Of a stretch of 64,000 nucleotides of DNA, positions 38,981 to 50,132 are shown piece by piece (the stretch's first letter is position 1; each line of letters begins with the position of its first letter). The stretch lies in NCBI GenBank assembly GCA_963815115.1, contig CAWFFN010000009.1, positions 1,056,001 to 1,120,000 on the forward strand. Reading direction: 5' to 3'. The DNA comes from an uncultured delta proteobacterium (GTDB lineage Bacteria > Desulfobacterota > Binatia > DP-6). The position numbers and the translations under genes were made by a program. Under the pieces are notes generated by a model. That model was not told where the DNA came from and made no database searches. It was given only the letters and a program-made list of their open reading frames with translations.

Positions 38981-41077
38981 CTACAGAGCGTCGATCTCGC
39001 GGCCGGCCGCCGTCGTCAGCGCCGAGATCGCTTCCGCTGCGGACGCCGAGAGTTGTCCCTTCGTATGCGCCCGCTCGATCAGCCCCGCGACGGTGCGGAT
39101 CGCCTTTCGTACCTTCGCCACCCGTCGCGCAGGGGGTGGCGAATGCTTCGCGAGCCGGAGGACCGTCCTGCGCGCCGCCGCGGCGCCCCGCGCGATGCGG
39201 CTCAACAAGCGGCGGGCCCCCGGGCTCGTGGCCTGCTTGGGCTCGACGCCCGCCGTCACGGCCGCGAGGTAGCACGCGGCGCGAACCACTCCCGGCGCTT
39301 CCCCGGCACACGGGAGCTCCGGCCCCAGCTCAGTGCCCGTCCCTCCGTCGGCTCGCTGCTGCCAGTCGACGGACACGCTCGCACCATCGTTGGTGACACG
39401 ACCCGTGGCGCCCGTGGTGACGTCGAGCCACCAGACGTTCGCGGTGTCCGCGCTCTCGTACAGCGTGTACAGGACGTAGCGACCATCCGGCGACCAGGTG
39501 AAGTCGTCGATGGCGCCGCTGATCCCGCCATGATCGGCGATCAGCAGCACGCGGGGATTCTGCAGATCGTCGTGGTCGTGCAGCATCACGGCTTCGTTCC
39601 GAATGGCAAAGCCGTTGGCGTCGAAGCGGGAGCCGGCCATCTGGCGGACGGTGACGAAGTGGCGCCCGTCGGGGGCCCAGGTCGGAAGCCGGTCGCCGTC
39701 GATGAGCAGGTCGAGGGGCGCGGGAAGAATGAGCGCCTGCGTCGGCGGCGTGACCGACGGGTCGCCCTCCCACACGCCGCGGAGCTCGTAGGTCGGATAG
39801 CGTGCCGGGCCGTTGAACAGCACACGGCCGGTGGAGCTCCAGTCGGGGCGGAACCAGCCGTCGAGATCGTTGCGAATCACCGCGCCGCTGGTCGCGTCGA
39901 CGAGGTCGACGCTGCAGCTGTCGTCTCCGGTCTCCCCCCAGTGGAAGCGGTTGTGGACGCAGATCGTCACGGCGAGGGCTCCTCCGTCCGGGGACCACTC
40001 GACGCCCTTGATGATCTGATCGAGCGCCGCCCGCGGCGTGTCGACGCACTGGGGTGGCAGACAGAAAGGCGGTGAGCCGCTCGTCCCTTCGAGACCCTGT
40101 GTGGCGAAGACTTCGCGACGGCCGGTGCCGTCGGGCCGGAGCACGCTGAGCCGCGTGATGCGCGCCTTCAGCGTCGCCGGAACGCTGGCATCGTGGGGGG
40201 CGACGTCGTCGTCGAGGACGGCGATCGCCTGGCCGTCGGGCGACCAGCGGGGAAGGCGCGGCTCGTGGTAGAGCCCGGTGTCGATGGCCAGCGGGCTGGA
40301 GCCGTCGGTGTCGAGCCGAACGACCGTCAGCCCATCCTGGTTCGCCGGGTTGCGCTGGAGGAGGACCAGCGGACGCGAGCCGTCGCGGGCAAGGGCTGCT
40401 GGCAGCGGCGCCGCCTGGGTGTGCACGTCGGCGGCCACCAGGCTCACGTCGTCGAGGAAGTAGCTGACGTCGGACTCGCCCGTGTACTGCACCGCGAAGC
40501 GGAGGTACGCGTTCTGCCCGCGCATCGCGGCCAGGTCGTCGGACCGCAGATGGCCGCGAAACGGCATCCAGCCCCGCAACACGTTGTGCGAGACGACGTC
40601 GAAGAGCGCCATCCCGAACGACGGGTCGGTCGAGAGCGAGACGCTGAGATCGGCCACCGAGTTGCCGTTGGGATCCAGGTCCGGCCCGAGCCGGGAGAAC
40701 CAGAACGACAGCGTGAGGTCGGCTGCGTCCGCCGGGATGGCGACCGCCTGTACGAGCACGAACTGGGAGGCCGGCAAGGGTCCACAGCTTCCGTCGGAGA
40801 GGCCGCCGACCCGTGCGCCATACCGACCGGTGCGAACCATCGCCCCGGTCGTGCCCGCGTCCTGCCGGCCGACGAGGCTCACCCCACCACACCCGCTCCA
40901 GGGAGCATCGCCGTCCTCGAAGCCGCCGTTCTGCAGCAGCTCCTGGGCAAGCGCCTCTCGGGGGGCGAACGGGCCCGGGCACAGGGAAACGCAGAGGAGC
41001 AGACCGAGAATCCCGAGTACGACGTCCGTGACCGCAGTCGGTCGTTCGCTCAGCTGGCCGCCAGGACGGCGTTTCAT
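38981..41077 (-). CDS. Secreted protein: CBM-like N-domain, TolB/PD40-like propeller, basic helical C-terminus
   Basis: Hydrophobic signal ending ALA; ELLQNGGFEDG; PRWSPDG, EWSPDG, DWSSTG, TWAPDG, TWSPDG repeats. Confidence 0.8.
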   Translation of the reverse strand: MKRRPGGQLSERPTAVTDVVLGILGLLLCVSLCPGPFAPREALAQELLQNGGFEDGDAPWSGCGGVSLVGRQDAGTTGAMVRTGRYGARVGGLSDGSCGPLPASQFVLVQAVAIPADAADLTLSFWFSRLGPDLDPNGNSVADLSVSLSTDPSFGMALFDVVSHNVLRGWMPFRGHLRSDDLAAMRGQNAYLRFAVQYTGESDVSYFLDDVSLVAADVHTQAAPLPAALARDGSRPLVLLQRNPANQDGLTVVRLDTDGSSPLAIDTGLYHEPRLPRWSPDGQAIAVLDDDVAPHDASVPATLKARITRLSVLRPDGTGRREVFATQGLEGTSGSPPFCLPPQCVDTPRAALDQIIKGVEWSPDGGALAVTICVHNRFHWGETGDDSCSVDLVDATSGAVIRNDLDGWFRPDWSSTGRVLFNGPARYPTYELRGVWEGDPSVTPPTQALILPAPLDLLIDGDRLPTWAPDGRHFVTVRQMAGSRFDANGFAIRNEAVMLHDHDDLQNPRVLLIADHGGISGAIDDFTWSPDGRYVLYTLYESADTANVWWLDVTTGATGRVTNDGASVSVDWQQRADGGTGTELGPELPCAGEAPGVVRAACYLAAVTAGVEPKQATSPGARRLLSRIARGAAAARRTVLRLAKHSPPPARRVAKVRKAIRTVAGLIERAHTKGQLSASAAEAISALTTAAGREIDAL

Positions 41078-41208
41078 GGCTCGCTCCTTTTCGTGGTTGT
41101 CGCGCGAAGTAGGGCAGCACCTGCCGCCCACGAGGGCATGAGCTGCTGGGGCATGGAGATGGTTCCTCCTGAAAAGGAGACGTGAAGGGGGATCTTACGA
41201 TGTGAAAA
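41073..41208 (-). repeat. Conserved ~130-bp upstream/leader element, copy B
   Basis: Near-identical blocks to 38823-38954. Confidence 0.9.
41074..41154 (-). CDS. Possible 26-aa leader peptide MPQQLMPSWAAGAALLRATTTKRSEP
   Basis: AGGAGG 10 nt before ATG; stop overlaps downstream start (ATGA); start absent in copy A. Confidence 0.3.
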   Translation of the reverse strand: MPQQLMPSWAAGAALLRATTTKRSEP

Positions 41209-41339
41209 AGCCGTGGAGGCGCCGCGAAAACTGCTTGCGCGGCCGGGGGCAGTCACGGTACCAGCACCGCGAAGCGGGGGATGAAGAATTACCCGATCGC
41301 GCGCTCTGCCGACCGGGATCGGCGGGCATCTCGTCGAGC

Positions 41340-44300
41340 ATGACCGACGTCCCCTTCGTCGGGCGCGAGGTCGAGCGCGGCGCTCTGCGCGCCTGCCTCG
41401 CGGACGCCGGCCGCGGGCGCGGTCGCGTTCTCCTGGTTGGCGGCGAGCCGGGCATCGGGAAGACCCGCTTCGTCGAGGCGGCGATGGACGAGGCCAGGAC
41501 CCTCGGCTTCGCGATCGCCCTGGGCGCATGTGATCCCTGCGCCGGCACGCCGGAGTACTGGCCCTGGCGCCAGGTGCATCACGCCCTCACCACGCCCGAG
41601 GGCGCCGAGCCCCTACCGCCGACGGCGCCGGTGCTGCTGGAGGGAATGCTCGTGGACGACCTCGCCAGGGCGTCGAACGGACCCGGCAGCGACGGGATGC
41701 CGGATCAGCGGCGGTTCCAGCTCTTCGACATCGCGGCGCGCGCGCTCGTTCGCCGAACACGGCGCCAGCCGGGCCTTCTCGTTCTCGAGGACCTCCACTG
41801 GGCCGATCGCTCGTCGCTCCTGCTGCTCGAGTTCCTGGCGCCGCGGTTCCGGAGCGCCGCCATCGTCCTGCTCGCGACGTACCGCGACCTGGACGTCATT
41901 CCCGACCATCCGCTGTACGCCGCCCTGGCGGCGGTCTCCCGCCATGCACACACGCAGCGGCTGGTGCTTCGCGGACTCGAGAGCGACGCGCTGGCGCACT
42001 TCGTCGAGGTGATGGCGAGACTCCGCCCGTCCCCCGCGGTGGTAGAGGCGATGCTCCGCGACACCGGCGGCAATCCCTTCTTCGTGAGCGAGGTCGTGCG
42101 GCTCCTCGCGAGCCGGACGCAGCTTGGACGCCTGACGGCGAGCGTCTTCGACTCGCTCGGCGTCCCTCCCTCCGTCCGCGAGGTGACCGGCCAGCGCCTC
42201 GCGCGGCTCTCCCCGGCGGTCCGGGAGCTCCTCGATCTGGCCGCGACGATCGGCCTCGAGATCCCGGTAGCGGTCCTCGCCGAGGCCGCCGGACAACCGG
42301 CGATGCAGGTGCTCGCGGCCCTCGAGGAGCCGCTCGCGGCGCGCCTCGTCACGGAGGTGCGCGAGGACCCGGGGCGCGTGCGCTTCACCCACGCGCTCGT
42401 GCGCGAGGTCGTGTACGAAGCGCTCGGTCCCGCCCGCCGGGCCGCGCTGCACCGGGCGATCGGGACCGCGCTCGAGCGCCTGCACGGCGAGCTCGACGGT
42501 CCGCACCTCGACGAGCTGGCGCATCACTTCGCGGGCGCCGCGCCCGGTGGTTCGGTGGAGAAAGCGGTCGAGTACTGTACGCGCTCCGCCGTCCGCGCGA
42601 TGGAGCGCTACGGGTTCGACGAGAGCGCTCGCGGCTACGAGCGCGCACTCGCGCTCGTGCCCGGGGCCCAGCAGCGCCGTCGCGGCGAGCTGCTGCTCGG
42701 TCTCGCCCGGGCGCGGAAGATGGCCGGCGATCCCCAGGCCGCCGGCCGGTCGTTCTTCGAAGCCGCCGACCTGGCGCTGAGGCTCGGCGACGCGGAGCTC
42801 CTGGCCGAGGCGGCCCTGCGGGACGGCCTCTGGTGGGCGGTCACGAGCCACGCGGACGATCAACGTGCGATGGCGCTTCTCGAAGAGGCAGTCACACGGC
42901 TCGACGATCTCGACTCGCCGCTGCGCGCCGCCGTCCTCGCGCAGCTCGCCACCGGAATGGCGTACGCGGCGGGACAGCTCGACCGCGCCTCCGCGCTCGC
43001 CGCCGACGCGGTCGCCATGGCGCGCCGGCTCGGCGACCCGTCGCTGCTGGTCCAGTGCCTCGTGCAGCAGCATCAGGTCGCACAGCACCCCGACGGCCTC
43101 CCGCGGCGCCGCGAGATCGTCGACGAGCTCGATCGTTTCGCCGAGGCGTCCGCCCGCGCCGACCTCGACTGTCTCGTGCAGTGGATGCGCGCGACCGACC
43201 GCCTCGAAGTCGGTGACCGCCTCGGCGCCGAGCCGTACGTGGTGGCATGCGGTCGTCTGGCCGAGGAGCTCCGCCAGCCGCTCCATCTCTGGAATGCTGC
43301 CCGGCTCCGGGTGACCTGCCTGCTCCTCGAAGGGCGTGACGTCGAGGCGAAGCAGGGCATGCACGACGGCCTCGAGCTCGGACGCCAGGCCCTCGGCGGC
43401 CTCGCGATCGACGGCTTCCTCGCGCAGCGCGCGGAGCTCCTCTGGCAGCAGGGACGTCTCGCGGAGACGGTCGCCCTGCTGGAGACGGGAATCCGCACGC
43501 GGCGTGAAGAGCGAACGCTCCGCTGCGGGCTCGCGCTCGTGCTGGCCGAGCAGGGCGCCGTCGCGCGGGCACGCGCCGAGCTCGATGTGCTGGCGGCGAG
43601 TGGCATCGCGAGCTGGCCGCGCGGTCACCACTGGCTGGCGCAGCTCTCCTGGCTCGGGCGTGCGGCGGCGGTGATCGGCGACCGCGAGCGCGCGGCGGAG
43701 GTCTATGACCTCCTCTCGCCCTATGCCGATCGGACCGTGACGATCGGCCCGTCGTTCTTCTGCCAGGGCTCGGTCGCGCGGGGACTCGGCGTGATGGCCG
43801 GCGCGCTCGGGCGATGGGACGAGTCGATGGCACACTTCGAGACCGCGCTCGCCGTCGACCGCGGCATGGGCGCCGCGCCATACGTGGCCCTCACCGAGCG
43901 CGATCGCGAGGCGGTCATCCGCGCACGGGACGGCTCCGGTGGCCGCCCCGTGCAGGTGCCCGCCACGCCGGCCGTGCCAGCGGCCCGCGTCTTCCGGCGC
44001 GATGGCAACTTCTGGACCGTCGCCTGGGACGACGCCGTGGTTCGTCTGAAGGACACCCGCGGCCTCCAGTATCTCGCGCAGCTGCTCGCACGGCCCGGCC
44101 AGGAGGTCCACGTGCTCGACCTGGTGGCGGCCGTGCACGCGGAGCCGGGGCACGCGGCGCGCCGGCACCTGGCGTCCGCCGATGCCGGCACGATCCTCGA
44201 CGCGACGGCTCGCGCGGCCTACCGGCGGCGCCTGGCCGAGCTGCGCGAGGAGCTCGAGGAAGCCGCGGCATACGGCGATCTCGGCCGCACCGACCGGTTG

Positions 44301-44546
44301 CGCGCGGAGATGGAATTCCTCACCGAGCAGCTCGCCTCTGCGATGGGCATCGGCGGCGCCGCGCGTCGGGTCGGCGGACCGAGCGAGCGCGCGCGCTCGG
44401 CCGTCACGCAGAACATCCGTTCGACGCTGAAGCGCCTCGTCAAGGCGCTGCCGGTGCTCGACGGGGCGCTCGCACGACGGATTCGCACCGGCTCCTTCTG
44501 CGCGTACGAGCCGGATACTTCCCGCCCGGTGCCCTGGCAGCTCTGA
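41340..44546 (+). CDS. Large P-loop NTPase (AAA_16/STAND-like) with helical repeats and putative C-terminal DNA-binding domain
   Basis: [13 protein letters not shown] (Walker A), [10 protein letters not shown] (Walker B), [15 protein letters not shown]; C-terminal [45 protein letters not shown]. Confidence 0.85.
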   Translation: MTDVPFVGREVERGALRACLADAGRGRGRVLLVGGEPGIGKTRFVEAAMDEARTLGFAIALGACDPCAGTPEYWPWRQVHHALTTPEGAEPLPPTAPVLLEGMLVDDLARASNGPGSDGMPDQRRFQLFDIAARALVRRTRRQPGLLVLEDLHWADRSSLLLLEFLAPRFRSAAIVLLATYRDLDVIPDHPLYAALAAVSRHAHTQRLVLRGLESDALAHFVEVMARLRPSPAVVEAMLRDTGGNPFFVSEVVRLLASRTQLGRLTASVFDSLGVPPSVREVTGQRLARLSPAVRELLDLAATIGLEIPVAVLAEAAGQPAMQVLAALEEPLAARLVTEVREDPGRVRFTHALVREVVYEALGPARRAALHRAIGTALERLHGELDGPHLDELAHHFAGAAPGGSVEKAVEYCTRSAVRAMERYGFDESARGYERALALVPGAQQRRRGELLLGLARARKMAGDPQAAGRSFFEAADLALRLGDAELLAEAALRDGLWWAVTSHADDQRAMALLEEAVTRLDDLDSPLRAAVLAQLATGMAYAAGQLDRASALAADAVAMARRLGDPSLLVQCLVQQHQVAQHPDGLPRRREIVDELDRFAEASARADLDCLVQWMRATDRLEVGDRLGAEPYVVACGRLAEELRQPLHLWNAARLRVTCLLLEGRDVEAKQGMHDGLELGRQALGGLAIDGFLAQRAELLWQQGRLAETVALLETGIRTRREERTLRCGLALVLAEQGAVARARAELDVLAASGIASWPRGHHWLAQLSWLGRAAAVIGDRERAAEVYDLLSPYADRTVTIGPSFFCQGSVARGLGVMAGALGRWDESMAHFETALAVDRGMGAAPYVALTERDREAVIRARDGSGGRPVQVPATPAVPAARVFRRDGNFWTVAWDDAVVRLKDTRGLQYLAQLLARPGQEVHVLDLVAAVHAEPGHAARRHLASADAGTILDATARAAYRRRLAELREELEEAAAYGDLGRTDRLRAEMEFLTEQLASAMGIGGAARRVGGPSERARSAVTQNIRSTLKRLVKALPVLDGALARRIRTGSFCAYEPDTSRPVPWQL

Positions 44547-44604
44547 AGCGGTCGTTCCTGCCTCCTATCGACTTCGGGGTGCATTCCGGGTGAAAGAAGG
44601 AGGG

Positions 44605-47238
44605 ATGACCACACCGCGAGACAGGACGAACGGGCCCGGCGATGGCAACCCCGACGTCGTGGTGGTGGGTGCCGGGTTCGCCGGGCTGTACATGCTCCAC
44701 CGGTTGCGAGGCCTAGGGTTCGCCACGACGGTGATCGAGAGCGCCGACGACGTTGGCGGCACCTGGTACTGGAACCGCTACCCGGGTGCCCGCTGCGACA
44801 TCGAGAGCATCGACTACTCGTACAGCTTCGACCCCGAGCTCCAGACCGAGTGGCAATGGTCGGAACGGTACGCGACGCAGCCCGAGATCCTCCGCTATCT
44901 GGGGCACGTCGCCGACAAGCACGACCTCCGGCGCGACATCCGCTTCTCGACCCGCGTCGAGTCCGCCACGTGGGACGACGCGGCGTCGCGCTGGCTCGTG
45001 CGCACCGACCGCGGCGACGAGCTGCGGTGCCGCTTCTACGTGATGGCGAGCGGGTGTCTCTCCCTGCCGAAGACGCCCGACATTCCCGGCTTCGATCGCT
45101 TCCGGGGCGAGACCTACTTCACGGGCCGGTGGCCGCACGCGGGCGTCGACTTCTCCGGGCGGCGCGTCGCCGTCATCGGCACGGGGTCGTCGGGCATCCA
45201 GTCGATCCCGCTCATCGCGCAGCAGGCGGCCGAGCTCACCGTGTTCCAGCGCACGCCGAACTTCTCGCGACCCGCCTTCAACGGCCCCGTGCCGCCCGCG
45301 AAGAAGGCAACGTTCGACGCCGATCCGGCGGCGTATCGTGCCGCGGCCCGGCTGTCCCTGGCCGGCGTGCCCAGGGAGCGCACGCTCGTCAGGACCTTCT
45401 CGGTCCCGGCGGCGGAGCGCCTGGCCAAGTTCGAGGAAGCCTACGCGTCGGGAGATCTCCTCGCGCTCAGCACGACCTTCGCCGACCTCGGCGCCGACCC
45501 CGAGGCGAACGAGACGGTCTGCGAGTTCATGCGCGGCAAGGTTCGCTCCATCGTGCGCGATCCAGAGACCGCGGAGACCCTCTGCCCGAAGAACCACTTC
45601 TACGGCACCAAGCGCCCCTGCATCGACACCAACTACTACGAGACCTTCAACCTGCCCCACGTCCGTCTCGTCGACCTGCACAAGGATCCCATCCGCACGA
45701 TCACCGAGACGGGCATCGACACGGCGACCCGATCCTTCGCATTCGACGCCATCGTCTTCGCCACGGGCTTCGACGCGATGACCGGTCCGATCGTCTCGGT
45801 CGACATCCGCGGGCGCAACGGACAGTCGCTCGCCGGCAAGTGGGCAGAGGGTCCCAAGACGTATCTCGGGCTCATGACGGCGGGGTTCCCGAACTTCTTC
45901 ACGATCACGGGACCGGGGAGCCCTTCGGTCCTGTCGAACATGGTGGTGTCGATCGAGCAGCACGTCGACTGGGTGGGCGCCTGCCTCGCCCACATGCGCG
46001 AGGAGAACCTCGACGTGGTCGAGCCGACGCCGGTCGCCGAAGCGGGATGGCTGCAGCACGTCAACGACTGCGCCGACGTCACGCTCTATCCGACCGCGAA
46101 CTCCTGGTACATGGGCGCCAACGTCCCGGGCAAGCCGCGCGTGTTTCTTCCCTACGTCGGCGGCGTCGATCGGTACCGGAAGACCTGCGACGAAGTGGTG
46201 CGCCGCGACTACCTCGGCTTCGCGTTCGACGGCCCCGGTGGCAGACGCTGCACCGACGGCGTCGTCAACCGGCTCCAGCTCGACGTCTCGACCATCCTGG
46301 ATCTGATCCAGGAGCTCGGCCTTCCTCCGATGGAGACGATGTCCGTCGCCGACGCGCGCGCGTTCTCGGTGGCGATGGCCGCCGAGCGGCCGCCCGGTCC
46401 CGAGGTGGGCGACGTCGTCGATGGCGTGCTTCCCGGTCCGGCCGGCCCGCTGTCGTACCGCCGCTACCGGCCGGCGACCCCCGGACCACATCCGATCGTC
46501 GTCTATTTTCACGGCGGCGGCTGGGTGCTGGGCGGCCTCGACTCCGACGATCCCTTCTGTCGTGACCTGTGCGTGAAGTCGAACGCCGTCGTCGTCTCCG
46601 TCGACTACCGCCACGCGCCCGAAGCGCGGTTCCCTGCGGCTGTCGACGACGGGTTCGCCGCGGTTCGCTGGATCGCCGCCAACGCCGAGACGCTGGGCGG
46701 CGTCCCGGGGAAGCTCGCGGTCTGCGGATGGAGCGCGGGTGGGAACGTCGCCGCGGTCGTCTGCCAGATGGCCCGCGATGCCGGCGGCCCGCGCATCGCC
46801 GGGCAGGTGCTGGTGACCCCGGTGACCGACTGCGACTTCAGGCGGGAGTCCTACGTCGCCAATGGCGACGGGTACGTGCTCACCACGGCGCTCATGCGGT
46901 GGTTCTGGGATCACTACGCCGATCCGGCCGATCGGTTGCATCCGAAGGCATCACCGCTCCGCGCCCGCGATCTGTCCCGTCTCCCTCCGGCGCTCGTCGT
47001 CACGTGCGAGTTCGATCCACTCCGTGACGAGGGTGCCGCCTACGTGGAGGCCCTGGCGGAAGCCGGCGTCGACGCTCGGCACCTGCCGTGTCGCGGGCAG
47101 ATCCACACGTCGGTGCCGGCGGTGGATATGATCCGGTCGGCTGCCGGCGCCCGGGAGGAGATCGGCGCGGCGCTCCGTCGGTTCCTGGACGCGAGTCCCG
47201 GGGTGGACGTGCTGAGGACGGCCCATCACGCGAACTGA
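44605..47238 (+). CDS. Baeyer-Villiger monooxygenase fused to HSL-family alpha/beta-hydrolase
   Basis: [48 protein letters not shown]; then YFHGGGW, DYRHAPE, GWSAGG, DPLRDEG, QIH. Confidence 0.92.
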   Translation: MTTPRDRTNGPGDGNPDVVVVGAGFAGLYMLHRLRGLGFATTVIESADDVGGTWYWNRYPGARCDIESIDYSYSFDPELQTEWQWSERYATQPEILRYLGHVADKHDLRRDIRFSTRVESATWDDAASRWLVRTDRGDELRCRFYVMASGCLSLPKTPDIPGFDRFRGETYFTGRWPHAGVDFSGRRVAVIGTGSSGIQSIPLIAQQAAELTVFQRTPNFSRPAFNGPVPPAKKATFDADPAAYRAAARLSLAGVPRERTLVRTFSVPAAERLAKFEEAYASGDLLALSTTFADLGADPEANETVCEFMRGKVRSIVRDPETAETLCPKNHFYGTKRPCIDTNYYETFNLPHVRLVDLHKDPIRTITETGIDTATRSFAFDAIVFATGFDAMTGPIVSVDIRGRNGQSLAGKWAEGPKTYLGLMTAGFPNFFTITGPGSPSVLSNMVVSIEQHVDWVGACLAHMREENLDVVEPTPVAEAGWLQHVNDCADVTLYPTANSWYMGANVPGKPRVFLPYVGGVDRYRKTCDEVVRRDYLGFAFDGPGGRRCTDGVVNRLQLDVSTILDLIQELGLPPMETMSVADARAFSVAMAAERPPGPEVGDVVDGVLPGPAGPLSYRRYRPATPGPHPIVVYFHGGGWVLGGLDSDDPFCRDLCVKSNAVVVSVDYRHAPEARFPAAVDDGFAAVRWIAANAETLGGVPGKLAVCGWSAGGNVAAVVCQMARDAGGPRIAGQVLVTPVTDCDFRRESYVANGDGYVLTTALMRWFWDHYADPADRLHPKASPLRARDLSRLPPALVVTCEFDPLRDEGAAYVEALAEAGVDARHLPCRGQIHTSVPAVDMIRSAAGAREEIGAALRRFLDASPGVDVLRTAHHAN

Positions 47239-47268
47239 TACGGGGTCCCCTCGGACTGGCCTGCCGCA

Positions 47269-47312
47269 TGGTCGCGGTCGACCAGCACGTGCATCGCCAC
47301 CCACCGCGACCA
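47269..47312. terminator. 10-bp inverted repeat between convergent genes
   Basis: TGGTCGCGGT...ACCGCGACCA with a long loop. Confidence 0.35.
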
Positions 47313-47315
47313 CAC

Positions 47316-48935
47316 TCAGCCCCCGCCCGCCAGCTGCTCGCGCAGGGCGCGCTTCATGACCTTGCCGCTCGCGGTGCGCGGGAAGTCCTCCACCACGGCG
47401 AGCCGCTCGGGCAGCTTGCGCTTGGAGAGGCCGCGGGCGAGCAGGTGCCGCGTCAGATCATCGAGCGTGGGCGGCGTGGCGCCGCCACGCAGGCGGAGCA
47501 CCGCGCACGCGATCTCCCCCGCCGCCGGGTCGGGCACGCCGACCACCGCCACCTCCACGATCCCGGGATGGACGGCGAGCAGATCCTCGATCTCGCGCGC
47601 GCTGATGTTCTCGCCCTTGCGGATGATGATGTCCTTCTTGCGTCCGGTGATGCGGAGGTAGCCCTCGGTGTCGAGCGTGCCCAGGTCGCCGGTGCGGAAC
47701 CAGCCGTCGGCGGTGAAGGTCTCCGCGTTGAGCGCCGGATCGAGGTACCCGAGGCAGCACTCGGGCCCGCGCGCGAGGATCTCGCCCTCCTGTCCTCCGT
47801 CTTGTCCCGCCGATGCCGTGCGGCCATCGTCATCGACGATCCGGATCTCGTTGGCGCCGATCGCGCGGCCCTCGCTGTCGATGCGGCGCGCCGGGGGATC
47901 GTCGGGCCCGGTCGTCGTGATGGTGGGAAACTCCGTGGAGCCGTAGACGCGCTTGGCGACACAGCCGAGGCGCGCGGCCGCCCCGGCGACGAGGGCGGGG
48001 TCGACGTCGGCGCCGCCGCAGGAGAACAGACGGAAGCTCGACACGTCCTCGGCGGTGACCTCGACCTGCTGCGCGAGATCGCGCAGGAAGGTCGGAGCAC
48101 CCACCATGTACGTCACGCGCTCGGCGGCGATCAGCCGGAGCGCCTCGTCCGGGTCCCACCGCGGCATGAGCACGGCGCACGAGCCGAGCGCGGCCGGCAC
48201 CAGCAGGCCGTGCACGATGCCCGAGATGTGCATGAGGGGGGACGGCATGAGCACCGTGTCGCCACTGCCGATCCGGTGGACCGCTTCGAGGCTGCGCGCC
48301 TCGGCGAGCAACGTCCGGTGCGAGTGCAGCGCTCCCTTCGGATCCGCCGTGGTGCCCGAGGTGTAGACGACGACCGCCACGGTCCCGGGGTCGCCCGGCG
48401 CCGGCGGAAGCGGGGCACGGGGAAGCGTCGCCAGCGCTCGCATGTCCGGGGCGGGGTCGTCGCGCACGACGATCACCTCGGCGAGCTCCGGCAACTCCGA
48501 CCGCAGTCCTGCGATCAGCTCGCGGTGGTCGCAGTCGCGGTGGCGGCCGGGGATGAAGATCGCTCGCGCACCGCTCTGGCGGAGGATGAACGCCACCTCG
48601 CGCTCGCGATGGATGGACGGGATCGGCACGGCGGTGGCGCCGAGGCGAGCCGCGGCGAGGAGCACGGCGACGGTCTCCCACCAGTTCGGCAGCTGGAGGG
48701 CGACCGTGTCGCCGGGCGCGACGCCGAGCGCCGCGAGGCTGGCGGCCACCGCCTCGGCGCGCGCGGCGAGCGCATCGAAGGTGAGCCGTGCCACGCCCTC
48801 GACCAGCGCCGTGCGCTCGCCTCCTCGGGTGACCGTGGCAGCAAACGCCTCCCACAGCGTGTCGTTGCCCCAGGAGCCGTCGCGCACGTACGCGTCGGCG
48901 AGCGGCGGATGGTGCGTCGGCGCGACACGCGGCAC
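47316..48935 (-). CDS. AMP-binding acyl-CoA ligase (cyclohexanecarboxylate-CoA ligase-like)
   Basis: QLPNWWE, YTSGTTADPKG, YGSTE, WFRTGDLG, GRKKDIIIRKGENIS, PRTASGKV. Confidence 0.92.
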   Translation of the reverse strand: MPRVAPTHHPPLADAYVRDGSWGNDTLWEAFAATVTRGGERTALVEGVARLTFDALAARAEAVAASLAALGVAPGDTVALQLPNWWETVAVLLAAARLGATAVPIPSIHREREVAFILRQSGARAIFIPGRHRDCDHRELIAGLRSELPELAEVIVVRDDPAPDMRALATLPRAPLPPAPGDPGTVAVVVYTSGTTADPKGALHSHRTLLAEARSLEAVHRIGSGDTVLMPSPLMHISGIVHGLLVPAALGSCAVLMPRWDPDEALRLIAAERVTYMVGAPTFLRDLAQQVEVTAEDVSSFRLFSCGGADVDPALVAGAAARLGCVAKRVYGSTEFPTITTTGPDDPPARRIDSEGRAIGANEIRIVDDDGRTASAGQDGGQEGEILARGPECCLGYLDPALNAETFTADGWFRTGDLGTLDTEGYLRITGRKKDIIIRKGENISAREIEDLLAVHPGIVEVAVVGVPDPAAGEIACAVLRLRGGATPPTLDDLTRHLLARGLSKRKLPERLAVVEDFPRTASGKVMKRALREQLAGGG

Positions 48936-49053
48936 GCTCCCCCGTATGGGGGACGGCAACCGCGACCGTCAAGCGTACGCGGCTGCGTTCGGTGTGGTGC
49001 TGACGCGCCGTTCTATTGACGGCACAGTGGCCCGTGTGTAACGACCGCGACTG

Positions 49054-50119
49054 ATGCGCTCGGCGTCTGCTGCGACCGTCGCACTGTCCCTGTCGCTCGT
49101 GCTTCCCGCGCCGGGCCGTGCCGCCGAGCTGCGCGATCATCTCTACGGCGTTCGTGCGCTCAGCGCGAGCGACGCCTGGACCGTCGGCAACTTCGGTTCC
49201 ATCCAGCACACCACCGACGGCGGCAAGACCTGGAAGACCGTCGAGGGCGGCACCCGCCTGCCACTCTTCAGCATCGACTTCGGCGATTCCGCAGCATGCC
49301 TGGGCGGTTGGCAAGTCGGCGCTCGTTCTGCGCACCGAGGACGGCGGCAAGACGTGGAAGCAGCAGACCACGCCCCTCTCGGCCGAGAAGCACCTGTTCA
49401 AGGTGAAGGCAGTCGACAACGATACTGCCTGGGCGGTCGGCGACTGGGGCACGATCATCACCACGCGCGACGGCGGGGCGACGTGGCAGGACCGGTCGCT
49501 CGGCGTCACCCAGGTCAAGACCGAGGAGGGACCCGGCCGCACCACCACCACCCTGACCGATGACGTGATCCTCTACGACGTCTCGTTTCCCGATCACGAC
49601 CACGGCTTCATCACCGGAGAGTTCGGCACCGTCCTCTTCACGTCGGACGGCGGCGCCACGTGGACCCGGCGTTCGACTCCCACCGAGAAGACGCTCTTCG
49701 GGGTGCACTTCGTCACGCCGCAGCGGGGATGGGTGGTCGGCATCGACGGCCTGTTGCTCCGCACCGACGACGGCGGGCACCACTGGGAGGTGCAGCACGG
49801 CCATCCCGAGAGCGCGGGGGTCGAGGAGATCAGCTTCGCCGATACCCTCAAGAACCCCGGCATGTATGCGGTGCGGGTGGACGGCGACCGCGGCATCGTC
49901 GTCGGCGACATGGGCATGATCCTCACGTCCAACGACGGGGGCCACACCTGGACCCGGCGCGAGCTGCCGGATCGCGACCGGCTCATCTGGATGCGAGACG
50001 TCAGCCTGGCGCCCGGCGCCGGCGGCTTCGCGGTCGGTGGCGACGGATTCGACGCCCGAGTCGAAGGCGACGAGGTGATCCTCTCCGACGGGCGCCGCGC
50101 CGCGACGGCGGCGGAGTAG
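49054..50119 (+). CDS. YCF48-like BNR-repeat beta-propeller, frameshifted at ~49287
   Basis: Signal peptide; repeated W.VG..G.I..T.DGG.TW. Confidence 0.88.
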
Positions 50120-50132
50120 ACCGGACCGGCCG

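Noticed and set aside
38823-41208. Duplicated leader as IS ends or prophage att sites
   Set aside because: Copies are imperfect, anchored on start codons, and no recombinase is nearby
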